From the NCBI GenBank assembly GCA_049512075.1, contig JBEKXL010000001.1:192001-256000 (forward strand): a stretch of 64,000 nt of DNA. The letters are read 5' to 3'. This document shows, piece by piece, positions 49,775 to 58,853 of the stretch. The translations under genes and the position numbers were made by a program. Under the pieces are notes generated by a model. That model saw only the letters and a program-made list of their open reading frames with translations, had not been told where the DNA came from and did no database searches. This stretch comes from Candidatus Bathyarchaeia archaeon (lineage in GTDB: Archaea; Thermoproteota; Bathyarchaeia; Bathyarchaeales; Bathycorpusculaceae). The first letter of the stretch is position 1; each line of letters begins with the position of its first letter.

Positions 49775-50233
49775 TCATTCATCATCCAATTTTCTATAGA
49801 AGCACTTAGGTAGTACAACATAATTCTGATTATTTTCAAGCATCTTAAATAGAGACGAATTCTTGAAGTAGGAGAAACTTTGTGGTGGTTTGAAATCAGG
49901 AAACACCGCAAAGGGATCTATAGGACTCTCAAACCTGAAAGCCTCATCGATTTCAAAAGCGTGAATGATTTTCGTACCGTTACAATAGTTTAGATAAGCA
50001 CGCTCGTCGATACCGCTTGCCTCTTTGCATTTCTGCCAAATTCTTTTGGGCGTTCCAGAATGAATCCTCTTTACTCTGAACTCACCAACAATGCCTCTAG
50101 TCGGGCTACTTTCATACACGAACACCATATCGGTCAAAAATTTGGGTTTCTGCTTGCGAAATTCATATTTTTTTTCGCCGGAGAAAATCTTCTTGGAGTA
50201 TACAGGTTTAACCGACAATAATACGCTCATCAC
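49775..50233 (-). CDS. ASCH domain protein
   Basis: LLSVKPVYSKKIFSGEKKYEFRK (GxKxxExR), PPQSF. Confidence 0.88.
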   Translation of the reverse strand: MMSVLLSVKPVYSKKIFSGEKKYEFRKQKPKFLTDMVFVYESSPTRGIVGEFRVKRIHSGTPKRIWQKCKEASGIDERAYLNYCNGTKIIHAFEIDEAFRFESPIDPFAVFPDFKPPQSFSYFKNSSLFKMLENNQNYVVLPKCFYRKLDDE

Positions 50234-51719
50234 TATTCGTCTCCTTGATTATTTTCTCGAATGATTCATCAGAGATTTCCTCAAATCCTCTTGGTGCTGA
50301 ACTTACGTCTTTGATAATGCCAAGCTTGATAAGTTTTTCTAAATTTATTCTTTTTGGGAAAGAATAAGTGTAGAGGAAATTCACAACGAAAGGACGGTTT
50401 TTTGGATAATAATCCCATTGTTCTTTAAGCTCTTTATCTGAGAAAACGCTTCTTTTCCTACACAAGTCAATGAATTGCCGATAATCGAAGATTGAGGTGT
50501 AAATTCCGTCGACGATTCCGAGTGTGGTAATGACGGACTTGTAGTAACCGTCAGTTCTGTAGAAAACAATGATGTCGCCGATTCTCAGATCTCGCCTAAT
50601 TGACCTTGAGACATAGACTTTCGATATAGCATTTCTGAAAGGTTCGTTTTCAACAAAATCCATAGGTGACTCAGTTCTGAGGATTGAATCAGGAAAGAGG
50701 TTGGTATGATACTGAGGATATATTGGAACGATGAACTTGCGTGCTTTTCTTGACATGAATGGGTACGTTGTTTTAGGAGAACTCAGTGATGCGTTTGGAG
50801 AAAAGTCATGAGTGAAGACCACCTCTTTTCCAGAGGCTGATTGCTTTATTCCGTGATATATGAAACCGTATTCTATCAACAGATTGATCAAGCGAGAATG
50901 TTCAACGCGTTTGGTAAACAAGGTAACATAGATTTCATCGACTGAGAGATGCAATGCATTGTCAAAGACGATTTTCAGGAATCTTTCTCCGATTTTCAAT
51001 CCATTGAGTTGAACCTTGAACGTTCCGATTTTGAGTCGTTTCTTCTTAGAGAACGGCGGTTCTATATCTGAGTAAGGTTCAGATTCATCTTCTGTTTTAA
51101 GATAAAGAAAAGCGATGATTTTATCATCTGATGAACACACGTAAGCGATCTCCTCTGCTTTACGGTTGAACCATTTGTCAAAATCAACGTAGTCTTCTCT
51201 GAAAGAGTCAAAAAACTCGTCTTTCAGGTTGATATTGCCGAAAAACTCTTTCTTTACAGAAGGCACTTTGTAATCCACGAGCTCAGGATTCTCTGCAGTA
51301 ACCTTTTCCAGAAACGAGTCAATGGAAAATACTTTTGTCTCAATTCCCAAGTCATGCGCTTTTCTATGGATTTTCGCGTCCTCGGTTATCAACAAATCTA
51401 CGCGGTCAGAAGCGACTTCATTTATTAGAGTTGTATCATTTCTGTCACTTTCTGAAGAATCGTATTTCTTTGCAACAGTTCGAACTTCATCTTTCAGTTG
51501 TGCTTGGGTTTTCAGTTGATTGTAACTCTGTATTTTCGTGAGAAATGCCTTTCTCGTCTCGGCATTCTGATGAAGAGATATTTCGTCAATTGTAACCTGA
51601 TGAACATATTTCTTGTATCCTAGTTTGTCAATCCACCAAAATAGTTTGCCGATTTCCTCTCTCGTTGGATCTTTTGCCTCGCGGTGCACTATGATATTAG
51701 TGTCCAGCAACACTCGCAA
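50208..51719 (-). CDS. PIN + GNAT acetyltransferase + ASCH/PUA-like fusion
   Basis: LLDTNI, LITED (PIN); FFDSFREDY, KIGTFKV..GLKIGERF (GNAT); IVPIYPQYHTNLFPD, GDIIVFY. Confidence 0.85.
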   Translation of the reverse strand: MRVLLDTNIIVHREAKDPTREEIGKLFWWIDKLGYKKYVHQVTIDEISLHQNAETRKAFLTKIQSYNQLKTQAQLKDEVRTVAKKYDSSESDRNDTTLINEVASDRVDLLITEDAKIHRKAHDLGIETKVFSIDSFLEKVTAENPELVDYKVPSVKKEFFGNINLKDEFFDSFREDYVDFDKWFNRKAEEIAYVCSSDDKIIAFLYLKTEDESEPYSDIEPPFSKKKRLKIGTFKVQLNGLKIGERFLKIVFDNALHLSVDEIYVTLFTKRVEHSRLINLLIEYGFIYHGIKQSASGKEVVFTHDFSPNASLSSPKTTYPFMSRKARKFIVPIYPQYHTNLFPDSILRTESPMDFVENEPFRNAISKVYVSRSIRRDLRIGDIIVFYRTDGYYKSVITTLGIVDGIYTSIFDYRQFIDLCRKRSVFSDKELKEQWDYYPKNRPFVVNFLYTYSFPKRINLEKLIKLGIIKDVSSAPRGFEEISDESFEKIIKETNSDERIIVG

Positions 51720-51873
51720 CTTTCTTCCCTTTTCAGATTGTCTTGATCTCTTGAAAAGATTTGCCCCTAAAGAAGTGGAAAGCCTTCACCAACCACAAAT
51801 AACTTAACAGCGTATCGATACAAGGCAAAATTAAAAAGGGACAAAATCCACCACAAATAACGCAGCAGTATCG

Positions 51874-52845
51874 CTAAGGGCTAAGTTTTTTATAGTATTC
51901 GGGCGTTGATAACACTCGGAGTGGAATCTTTGGAACGTGCTCTCTGGCAAGCTTTGTCCCAAGAAAATTCACGACTTCCTCGATTTCCATCTTGCCTCTG
52001 TAACCCAAAGTTTGAAGAAAACCGAAGTTTCTCTCGATTGATCGATTTTCCCCATCCATCAGGGCTTGCAGAATCGCATTAACGTAGAAAGTCTCAGGGT
52101 CTGAAGCGATCTCCTTAACCATGCCATCGAAATACACGGACTTGGTGCCGATGTGTTCTGTGAGAAAAGTATAGGAAGAGTCGCGTTTTGAGAAGTGGGC
52201 TTTGGGAAAGTAGTGCTCTGCAATCGTTTCGTACAACCATCCCCTAGTTGCTTTCGCTATGACTGACGACCCAGCATGCACAGCACGAGCAGTATAACCA
52301 TAGGGTATGCCAGAATATATTGCGTCTATCGCATGTTTTTCGAGAGTTTTGATATCGTCAGGGTCATTGATCAAAATGCCTTTTTCGTTCTCGTCATATA
52401 CTTCTGATTTTGAAAGGTCGAATGAACCAGAAAGCGCCAAGTCGTTGGTCAGAATGAGCGTTGAATGAAGGTCGCGGGCGAAGAAAACTCTGCAACCAAC
52501 CTCATCCAGAAAGTCGATAAGATGAAAGGCTATTTGCGAGTATTCTCGACCTCTGTATTTTTCATCTTTTAGAGGGTCATTTGTTACGATGTTGATTTCT
52601 GCCCCAAAAACAAGTTTTACAAGCAGCATTGCATATGCAAGATTTATTGAAAATATCCCACAGTCTAACCCAAACCACGATTCATCCAAACCAAGAACAT
52701 CAGCATCGATCGTCAGTTGTACATCACTAATCCACGGGCTCAAAACATAGATTTTTGGAAATTCGCACAGTCTTTGCCGATACCCAGAAAAAATCTGGAA
52801 CATTTCAGCTCGAATCCTGTCGTTCGGAATAGTCTTGGTCGTCAT
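51874..52845 (-). CDS. PLD-like domain protein with degenerate HKD motif
   Basis: LSPWISD; LHSTLILTNDLALSGSFDLS; NEKG. Confidence 0.65.
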   Translation of the reverse strand: MTTKTIPNDRIRAEMFQIFSGYRQRLCEFPKIYVLSPWISDVQLTIDADVLGLDESWFGLDCGIFSINLAYAMLLVKLVFGAEINIVTNDPLKDEKYRGREYSQIAFHLIDFLDEVGCRVFFARDLHSTLILTNDLALSGSFDLSKSEVYDENEKGILINDPDDIKTLEKHAIDAIYSGIPYGYTARAVHAGSSVIAKATRGWLYETIAEHYFPKAHFSKRDSSYTFLTEHIGTKSVYFDGMVKEIASDPETFYVNAILQALMDGENRSIERNFGFLQTLGYRGKMEIEEVVNFLGTKLAREHVPKIPLRVLSTPEYYKKLSP

Positions 52846-53009
52846 GGCTTGTCAAATCAACTGACACCGTATGATTCCCCATTCATAAAACACTTTGCTT
52901 TCGCGGTCATTCAGAAAACCGTGCGCGCTCGCTCAATACGTTATGTTCTCTCCCGAGTCGTTCCCAATGCCTATAGGAAAACCGATGGATCTACATGGTG
53001 TTGGGTGTT

Positions 53010-53118
53010 AGTCTCTGGGGATTAGAACCCAAACGGGGTCAAGTCCCATAGCCTAGCGCGGGCCTGGTTACAAAACTCACTTTTGCAAAGCCGAGAGTTC
53101 GAATACCTCGCGAGGGCT
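53010..53118. repeat. Second, diverged copy of the tRNA-like folded unit
   Basis: Shares CCCAAACGGGGTCAAGTCCCA and CAAAGCCGAGAGTTCGAAT with 43180-43309. Confidence 0.8.
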
Positions 53119-53315
53119 GTCAGAGTACAAATTCTGATCCCGCTTTGTGTCGTGAGGGATAACCATGAACGACTTCGAGAATTTTCAACCTACATGGCTT
53201 CTGCAATTCAGATAATCATTATACATGAGTTCAAGACCCTGCCTTAATTGTATTTGGCATCTATTCTAGCGCAGTCACCCACATATCGCGTGACAACATA
53301 TTTGAGAGCTTCAGG

Positions 53316-53627
53316 GTGGAGGATCACAGTTATACTCCTGAAGATAGTAAGATTGATGACCTTGCCGCGCAATTTTATGATACTATAGCTTGGATGCGAG
53401 GGCTTGGTCCACGCAAATTCGTTTCCCAAGCTTATCCCTCGATCACTTTACTTATCAGAATGGTAAGAAATTGCCAAGAGCATGTTAGAAAGAAACCTGT
53501 TGATCACATTACGCATAAAAATTCCTTCGGGAATGTATACACAATATCAAGTATTATGATACTTGCTATCTATGCTTACCTGGAGATCCTACAGGTTTGG
53601 ACCTACACTTTGAATCTCAATCCCTGA
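53316..53627 (+). pseudogene. HEPN-like C-terminal fragment
   Basis: RNCQEH motif; upstream frame broken by TGA. Confidence 0.4.
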
Positions 53628-53670
53628 TAGGGAGAGCAAATAGAAGCTACAACAAATCCAGGCGCTGGTC

Positions 53671-53995
53671 TCAAGTCCTCACTTCTTCGATCATCTTCAG
53701 TTTGCCGAAATCATCAGGATTTACGAATATCGTTGGTCGTCCTTCCATTACCGCGCGTTCTTTGAGAACCTTGTCTGAAGTCATTAGGAAGGAATTTGTA
53801 AAATGAGCGAAATCCAAGATGACTTTGTCTTCGTCTTCTGGTGTCTTGGTCTGATAGGCGAAGGGCATGTTATGAAATGTGTTGATAGTAATCGATCCTT
53901 TTTCAGCGATTTTTCTGAGGTTATCGAGTTCTTCTGAGATTGCGCTCTTTTGGCTCGATCCCTTGAATCTGTCCACTATGTCTAATAACCTAAAA
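53671..53995 (-). pseudogene. C-terminal fragment of PIN-domain protein
   Basis: EDEDKVILDFA..LMTSDKVLKERA; N-terminal DTN motif absent. Confidence 0.55.
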
Positions 53996-55045
53996 CGCCG
54001 CCACGCCATTATTGTTAGTCGATGTCGCGCAATGACGGAACGAAAACATAAATACAAACCAATTCCCACGAATACTGATTGGGGAATAGTACTGGGCGAG
54101 AAAACTGAAATAGATTATCTGAAAGAACTAAAAGAGAAGATTAAGCGATCAGGATTCCCCCTTGAAATTGAGGTTCTATCCATTCTAAACTCAGCCCGCC
54201 GTAACCAGAGATTAAAGGGCATGGATTTTTCAGTGGGTTCCTACTATCTGGACAAAGACAAAAACATAGGAAGAGAACTGGACATAAGCGTCAAAATTCC
54301 TGTCAAATACAGAGGGGAGTTCAAAGGCAAGAAAAGTGACTTGATAGGAATATTTCTCCATTTGTTAATACAATGCAAGAAGGTGCCAGGAAATGCCTGG
54401 GTTTTCTTCAAAACTCCTCAAGAGTTAGTTCCTGTGCCACAATGCACGAGCGTTTTAGACTCTTTGGAATGGATCCCTCGTTCGAATACTGCATTTGCGT
54501 ACCTTCCCGACCTTCACTATAGAAAGACAGTGAACGCAACTGCACGTGATGAATATGTGCTCGAAAAAAAGAGATCCAATGGATTAACGGACAACCTTTT
54601 TGATGCGATTATTACTCTGGCAAAAGCTACCAGCTACCAACTGGAAACTAATACTCAAGACCTGATGAGTACGCTGAAAAGATTCAAGAATGTTTCAACT
54701 TATGTTGTCAGCTACATTAGCGTATACTATCCAATAATAATTTTTGATGGCAAAATGTATCTCGCAGAGCCAACCAGCGAGTATGGAGAAATGGAACCAA
54801 CGCCAACTGACCACGTATGTCTCTTCTTCGATTATATCTCTGGAAGTTGCGACATAGACCTCTATGTTGACATTGTACAGAGAGAAGCATTTGGGAAATA
54901 TCTGCAGAACGTCGTTTCTGATGTTGAAACATTCCAGGATGCATTGGAAACCGAAGCAGGTGTTGAGTTTAGGCAGGAGGTAGAAAAGGCTTTGAGTTGG
55001 TACAGAAGCAGGGAAAAGGAGGCTATCAACAATAACATTAGATAG
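53879..55045 (+). CDS. PD-(D/E)XK nuclease-like protein; true start probably near 54032-54091
   Basis: SGFPLEIEV, YYLDKD..RELDI, LLIQCKK..WVF, YYPIIIFDG. Confidence 0.7.
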   Translation: MLIVIDPFSAIFLRLSSSSEIALFWLDPLNLSTMSNNLKRRHAIIVSRCRAMTERKHKYKPIPTNTDWGIVLGEKTEIDYLKELKEKIKRSGFPLEIEVLSILNSARRNQRLKGMDFSVGSYYLDKDKNIGRELDISVKIPVKYRGEFKGKKSDLIGIFLHLLIQCKKVPGNAWVFFKTPQELVPVPQCTSVLDSLEWIPRSNTAFAYLPDLHYRKTVNATARDEYVLEKKRSNGLTDNLFDAIITLAKATSYQLETNTQDLMSTLKRFKNVSTYVVSYISVYYPIIIFDGKMYLAEPTSEYGEMEPTPTDHVCLFFDYISGSCDIDLYVDIVQREAFGKYLQNVVSDVETFQDALETEAGVEFRQEVEKALSWYRSREKEAINNNIR

Positions 55046-55282
55046 TGTATCCAAAAAAATCAGGTCAACCTGCGCAAAAACTGATACAAATTAGTTGATT
55101 TAGCAACAGGCGAGCGCGAACTCTATACAAGCCGGCGGGGAACTAAGAATAACGCTAAATTGGGTTACGCTACCAAAGAAGAATTCATACCCGCGGTGCG
55201 TTTCAGGTTGACATGCCCATCAGAAGAGAAGACAAGCAGTGACCCTAAGATACAAAAGCGGAGATAAATTGAAGGGAAACAG

Positions 55283-55960
55283 ATGCCCCTAAAACGCTTG
55301 AGTCCAGCAGATAAAGCTCACATAGAAAGAAAGAGAATCTACAGTAAGATCCGAGATGGCATAACTATTCTTGATTGCACGGTAAAATCTCAAGAGAAAT
55401 GTTCAGAAGGCGAATTTCTGCAACAGTACATCAGAATTCTCAATCGCCAACTGATGGCAAGCGGAAAGTTGCCGGTCGAATGCAAACTCCGTCAGGTACG
55501 AAGCCCTACTGGAGGCATGTCAAGTCTTGACGATTGGCTGAAATATGTATACACCTACACCATTCACATATCTGCACATGGCGATCGTGATGACAAAACG
55601 CGTGAAACATACTTGTGGGCAGGAAATAGCCCATTCAGGTTGAGCAACTTAAAGGGCATTTGGTCGGAATTCAATGAGGAAGAGAGACCCTTGCTTCTCG
55701 TGTTATCAGCCTGTTCGGCAGGTCACTTGGATCTGATCAAAGCCTTTGCTGATGAGGGTTGCAGATACTGCATAGCTCCTGTGTTCGAAACAGACTGGGA
55801 AAAGGCTGCACTGTTTTCAGCGTTATTCTATACATACTTGTTTTATGGCGAACATGCCGAGCCGATGCGTCCGGTTACAGCCTTTAAGAAGGCCAAGACT
55901 CGCCTACCCGAGCTTACTGGATGGTGGAAAATGTTTGACTATGGAAAGGAATTGCCGTGA
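55283..55960 (+). CDS. Stand-alone CHAT/caspase-like domain protein
   Basis: IHISAHG and LVLSAC catalytic dyad motifs. Confidence 0.7.
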   Translation: MPLKRLSPADKAHIERKRIYSKIRDGITILDCTVKSQEKCSEGEFLQQYIRILNRQLMASGKLPVECKLRQVRSPTGGMSSLDDWLKYVYTYTIHISAHGDRDDKTRETYLWAGNSPFRLSNLKGIWSEFNEEERPLLLVLSACSAGHLDLIKAFADEGCRYCIAPVFETDWEKAALFSALFYTYLFYGEHAEPMRPVTAFKKAKTRLPELTGWWKMFDYGKELP

Positions 55961-55966
55961 ATAAGT

Positions 55967-56158
55967 CTAAGCTTTGACGTAACCTTTGCCCTTTTTGAGT
56001 TTAAGTGAAAAGCTATGCTTTCCTTCCCTGCTGTAGTCTCTGAAGTCAGTGCCACATTCGCATGAATATGCTTGGACTCTGAATGCGCCATAATTCCATG
56101 ACTTTCTGGGCTTGATCATTTCCTTTCCGCATTTGGGGCATCTGGTCATAAGAGCCAC
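55967..56158 (-). CDS. Small Zn-ribbon protein
   Basis: CPKCG..PRKSW..YSCECG..F. Confidence 0.7.
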   Translation of the reverse strand: MALMTRCPKCGKEMIKPRKSWNYGAFRVQAYSCECGTDFRDYSREGKHSFSLKLKKGKGYVKA

Positions 56159-56182
56159 AAGATTCTTCTTAGCTAACGATGT

Positions 56183-57385
56183 TTAAAATACTTTGGGAGC
56201 ATTGTTGCTTTGCAGAAGCTCTCCGCTGAAAGCTTTGTCCAATAGACTTGGGACCAGCCCGGCAATGTCTTTCTCAATTTCGGCCTGAATTCGCAAGAGC
56301 TTATCTACTATTTCCTGGAGAGTGTCAAGATAAGAAACGATCTTGCGCTGTTCGGCAACGGGCAATTTTGGCGTTGGGAGCTTTGCGAGGATCTTGAGAT
56401 TAATGTTTTTCTGCGCGAATTCTGGAGCAACCCTTTCAAGATACATTCGCAGATACAGAAGATAATGGTAAAGATATTCACTGTCAATGCCTTCTTTTGG
56501 CGTTATTGCTACTATACTGTCAGGTACACAGCAATCAAAATCCAAGATCCCCACGGCGCCAATAGTTGCAGCTATGCTTATCAGCAGTGTCCCCTTTGGA
56601 AATTTCCGACTTATAGCTAATCCATCATCGTTTAGAGTTTGACTATACGCTGTGATGAATTTGTTTGAGGCTTCAATTTCGCCGATTTGGATCCAAGGAT
56701 GCTTTCCACCGAAAAAGCGCTTTTCGTTGCGGGGTCGATATGAGAACTTGCCGCGCTCAAGACTTGTCAGTTCATCCAAACGAAAGTTGTCGCCCTTCTC
56801 AGCAGCCTGTCTGAACAACTTCCCCCTAGCAGCAGCAACCAGGTTTTCAACCTCCATGGTCACTTTCGTCTTCAACTCCTGCAGCTTTTCGATATCTCCA
56901 ATCAGGCTCTCGACCTTTCTGACAATACGTCTTTGTTCTTCAATGTCTGGGAGTGGAATTTCAATCGAGAGAAGCCTTCTTGGCTTGACTTCAGTCTTTA
57001 TTCCGTTCGGTAGGTGACTTATCAAGATTCGTCGGAAAATATCGCTTCGCATAAAGTACCAAAGGTAAAGCGGATCAGCTTTTTCCGAGTTCACTACATA
57101 TGAAGAAAAATGAATCGTTGCCGCTGCAGTTCTATCACCATTGTATATGGCAATTGCACCTTTTGCCGCGTTAATGCCTGAGACAACCAAGTCTCTAGGT
57201 TCAACTAGAATCATATTTGTTCTTGTTATATTTTGGTCTCTTAGTTCTATCTTGCCGCTACTAAAGCCAATTTTCGCTACGATTGGCATTTCGCCGCTAT
57301 CTATCATCCGTGGATCTGGCTTGCCTTTCCTTTCAGTGAGCACCGTCTCCAGTTTTGCCGTAGGCCAGCTAATTTGCATCTTCAA
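56183..57385 (-). CDS. hsdS: Type I R-M specificity subunit
   Basis: Two TRDs with PLPDIEEQRRIV and LPVAEQRKIV; LLDKAFSGEL. Confidence 0.92.
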   Translation of the reverse strand: MKMQISWPTAKLETVLTERKGKPDPRMIDSGEMPIVAKIGFSSGKIELRDQNITRTNMILVEPRDLVVSGINAAKGAIAIYNGDRTAAATIHFSSYVVNSEKADPLYLWYFMRSDIFRRILISHLPNGIKTEVKPRRLLSIEIPLPDIEEQRRIVRKVESLIGDIEKLQELKTKVTMEVENLVAAARGKLFRQAAEKGDNFRLDELTSLERGKFSYRPRNEKRFFGGKHPWIQIGEIEASNKFITAYSQTLNDDGLAISRKFPKGTLLISIAATIGAVGILDFDCCVPDSIVAITPKEGIDSEYLYHYLLYLRMYLERVAPEFAQKNINLKILAKLPTPKLPVAEQRKIVSYLDTLQEIVDKLLRIQAEIEKDIAGLVPSLLDKAFSGELLQSNNAPKVF

Positions 57386-58853
57386 CGCCTTTCTCCAAAT
57401 GAGCCCTTATTTGCCCCAACAGCTCAAATACTCTGTTTTCCTTTTCAATAATGCTGGTGACTATCTCTTGTGGTTCTTTATGTTTCTCTGTGTCAGCCTT
57501 CCTTGGATTCTTGACATCTAAATTGCACTCATTTTCTATCAGATCTTTGACCGAGACTTTCCATGCAAACTCATTCTCAACCCTTCTGACCCACCATTCT
57601 TGTAAATCGCGGAAATCCTCGTACCGCAAAGGTTTGCTTTTTGTGTAACATGGGCTTTTCATTTTTTGTCTGCCTGGCGGCAAAGGAAGTTCATAATACC
57701 AGATCTCTTTCGTGGGACCATCCCTTTCAAAAAATAGCAGGTTTGTTTCAACACCGGTATATGGAGCAAACACGCCTTTGGGCAGTCGCACAATGGTATG
57801 AAGGTCGAAGTTTTCGAGTAGTTCCTTTTTAATTCTCTCACCTGCTCCCGAAGCGAAAAGAGTGCCGTTGGGAACAACCATGCCGCATCTTCCACCATTC
57901 TTGAGTTTCCGCATGATAAGTTGAAGGAATAGGAGAGCAGTTTCAGCCGTGCGCATAGCTTCAGGAAAGTTGGTCATTATTCCTCTTTCTTCCTCTCCTC
58001 CAAATGGAGGATTAGTCATTATGACATCGACCCGATCCTTTTCCGTGATTTCGTATAGGGGGGTTCTCAGCGAATTGTCTCTCCTTATGTTGGGCTTCTC
58101 TATGCCATGAAGCAGAAGGTTCATCATGCCCAAGAGATAGGGCATAGGCTTCTTTTCGATTCCAAAGAAGGTATGGTACTGGAGAGTTTCTCGATCTTCT
58201 GCCTTTTTCTGTTGATTTCTCATAAACTCAAAAGATTCGGTCAAAAATCCGCCTGTTCCCAATGCTGGATCAAGTATTTTCTCTCCAATCTGCGGTTCTA
58301 TCTGGTTCACGATGAAGCGAATAACAGGTCTAGGAGTATAGAATTCACCATTAGATCCTGCAGCGTCTCTCATTTCTTTGAGCATAGTTTCGTAAAGATG
58401 TGCCATGGTATGGATGTCATCGCTTGAAGTGAAGTCTATCCCATTGACTAGATTGATAATGTCTCGAAGAAGATATCCCGAACGCATACTGTTATAGATC
58501 TCGCGGAAAACTTCCGCAATCACCGTCCTCTGATCTTTCTCATCCGTGCTAACAAGACCACGCAAATATAGAATCAGCTTGTTGTTGACAAAGTCAATCA
58601 ACTCGTCCCCAGTGCGTCCTTTCTCCTCAGGTGCGGCCCAGTCACGCCAACGGTAGGGCTCTTGAATAGCTTCTCTGTAGTCCGGTTTCAGCATTGCGCG
58701 CTCTTTTTCAAGGTCGTCGAAGGTCTTGAGAAAAAGAATCCAGGAAAGCTGCGGTATGCGGTCAACATCTGTACTTAAGCCGGCGTCTTTTCTCATTATG
58801 TCTCTTGCACGTTTGATAATTGATGATAGGTCTTTTCCATCCATCCTTCTCAC
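57369..58853 (-). CDS. hsdM: Type I R-M N6-adenine methyltransferase
   Basis: GEFYTPR, DPALGTGGFL, NPPF. Confidence 0.95.
   Translation of the reverse strand: MRRMDGKDLSSIIKRARDIMRKDAGLSTDVDRIPQLSWILFLKTFDDLEKERAMLKPDYREAIQEPYRWRDWAAPEEKGRTGDELIDFVNNKLILYLRGLVSTDEKDQRTVIAEVFREIYNSMRSGYLLRDIINLVNGIDFTSSDDIHTMAHLYETMLKEMRDAAGSNGEFYTPRPVIRFIVNQIEPQIGEKILDPALGTGGFLTESFEFMRNQQKKAEDRETLQYHTFFGIEKKPMPYLLGMMNLLLHGIEKPNIRRDNSLRTPLYEITEKDRVDVIMTNPPFGGEEERGIMTNFPEAMRTAETALLFLQLIMRKLKNGGRCGMVVPNGTLFASGAGERIKKELLENFDLHTIVRLPKGVFAPYTGVETNLLFFERDGPTKEIWYYELPLPPGRQKMKSPCYTKSKPLRYEDFRDLQEWWVRRVENEFAWKVSVKDLIENECNLDVKNPRKADTEKHKEPQEIVTSIIEKENRVFELLGQIRAHLEKGVEDAN

Noticed and set aside
51793-51862. 12-bp direct repeat ACCACAAATAAC
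   Set aside because: Encloses only about 45 nt with no inverted ends; cannot be tied to an element.
43180-53118. CRISPR array
   Set aside because: Repeats are up to kilobases apart, variable and separated by genes; no cas genes in the window.
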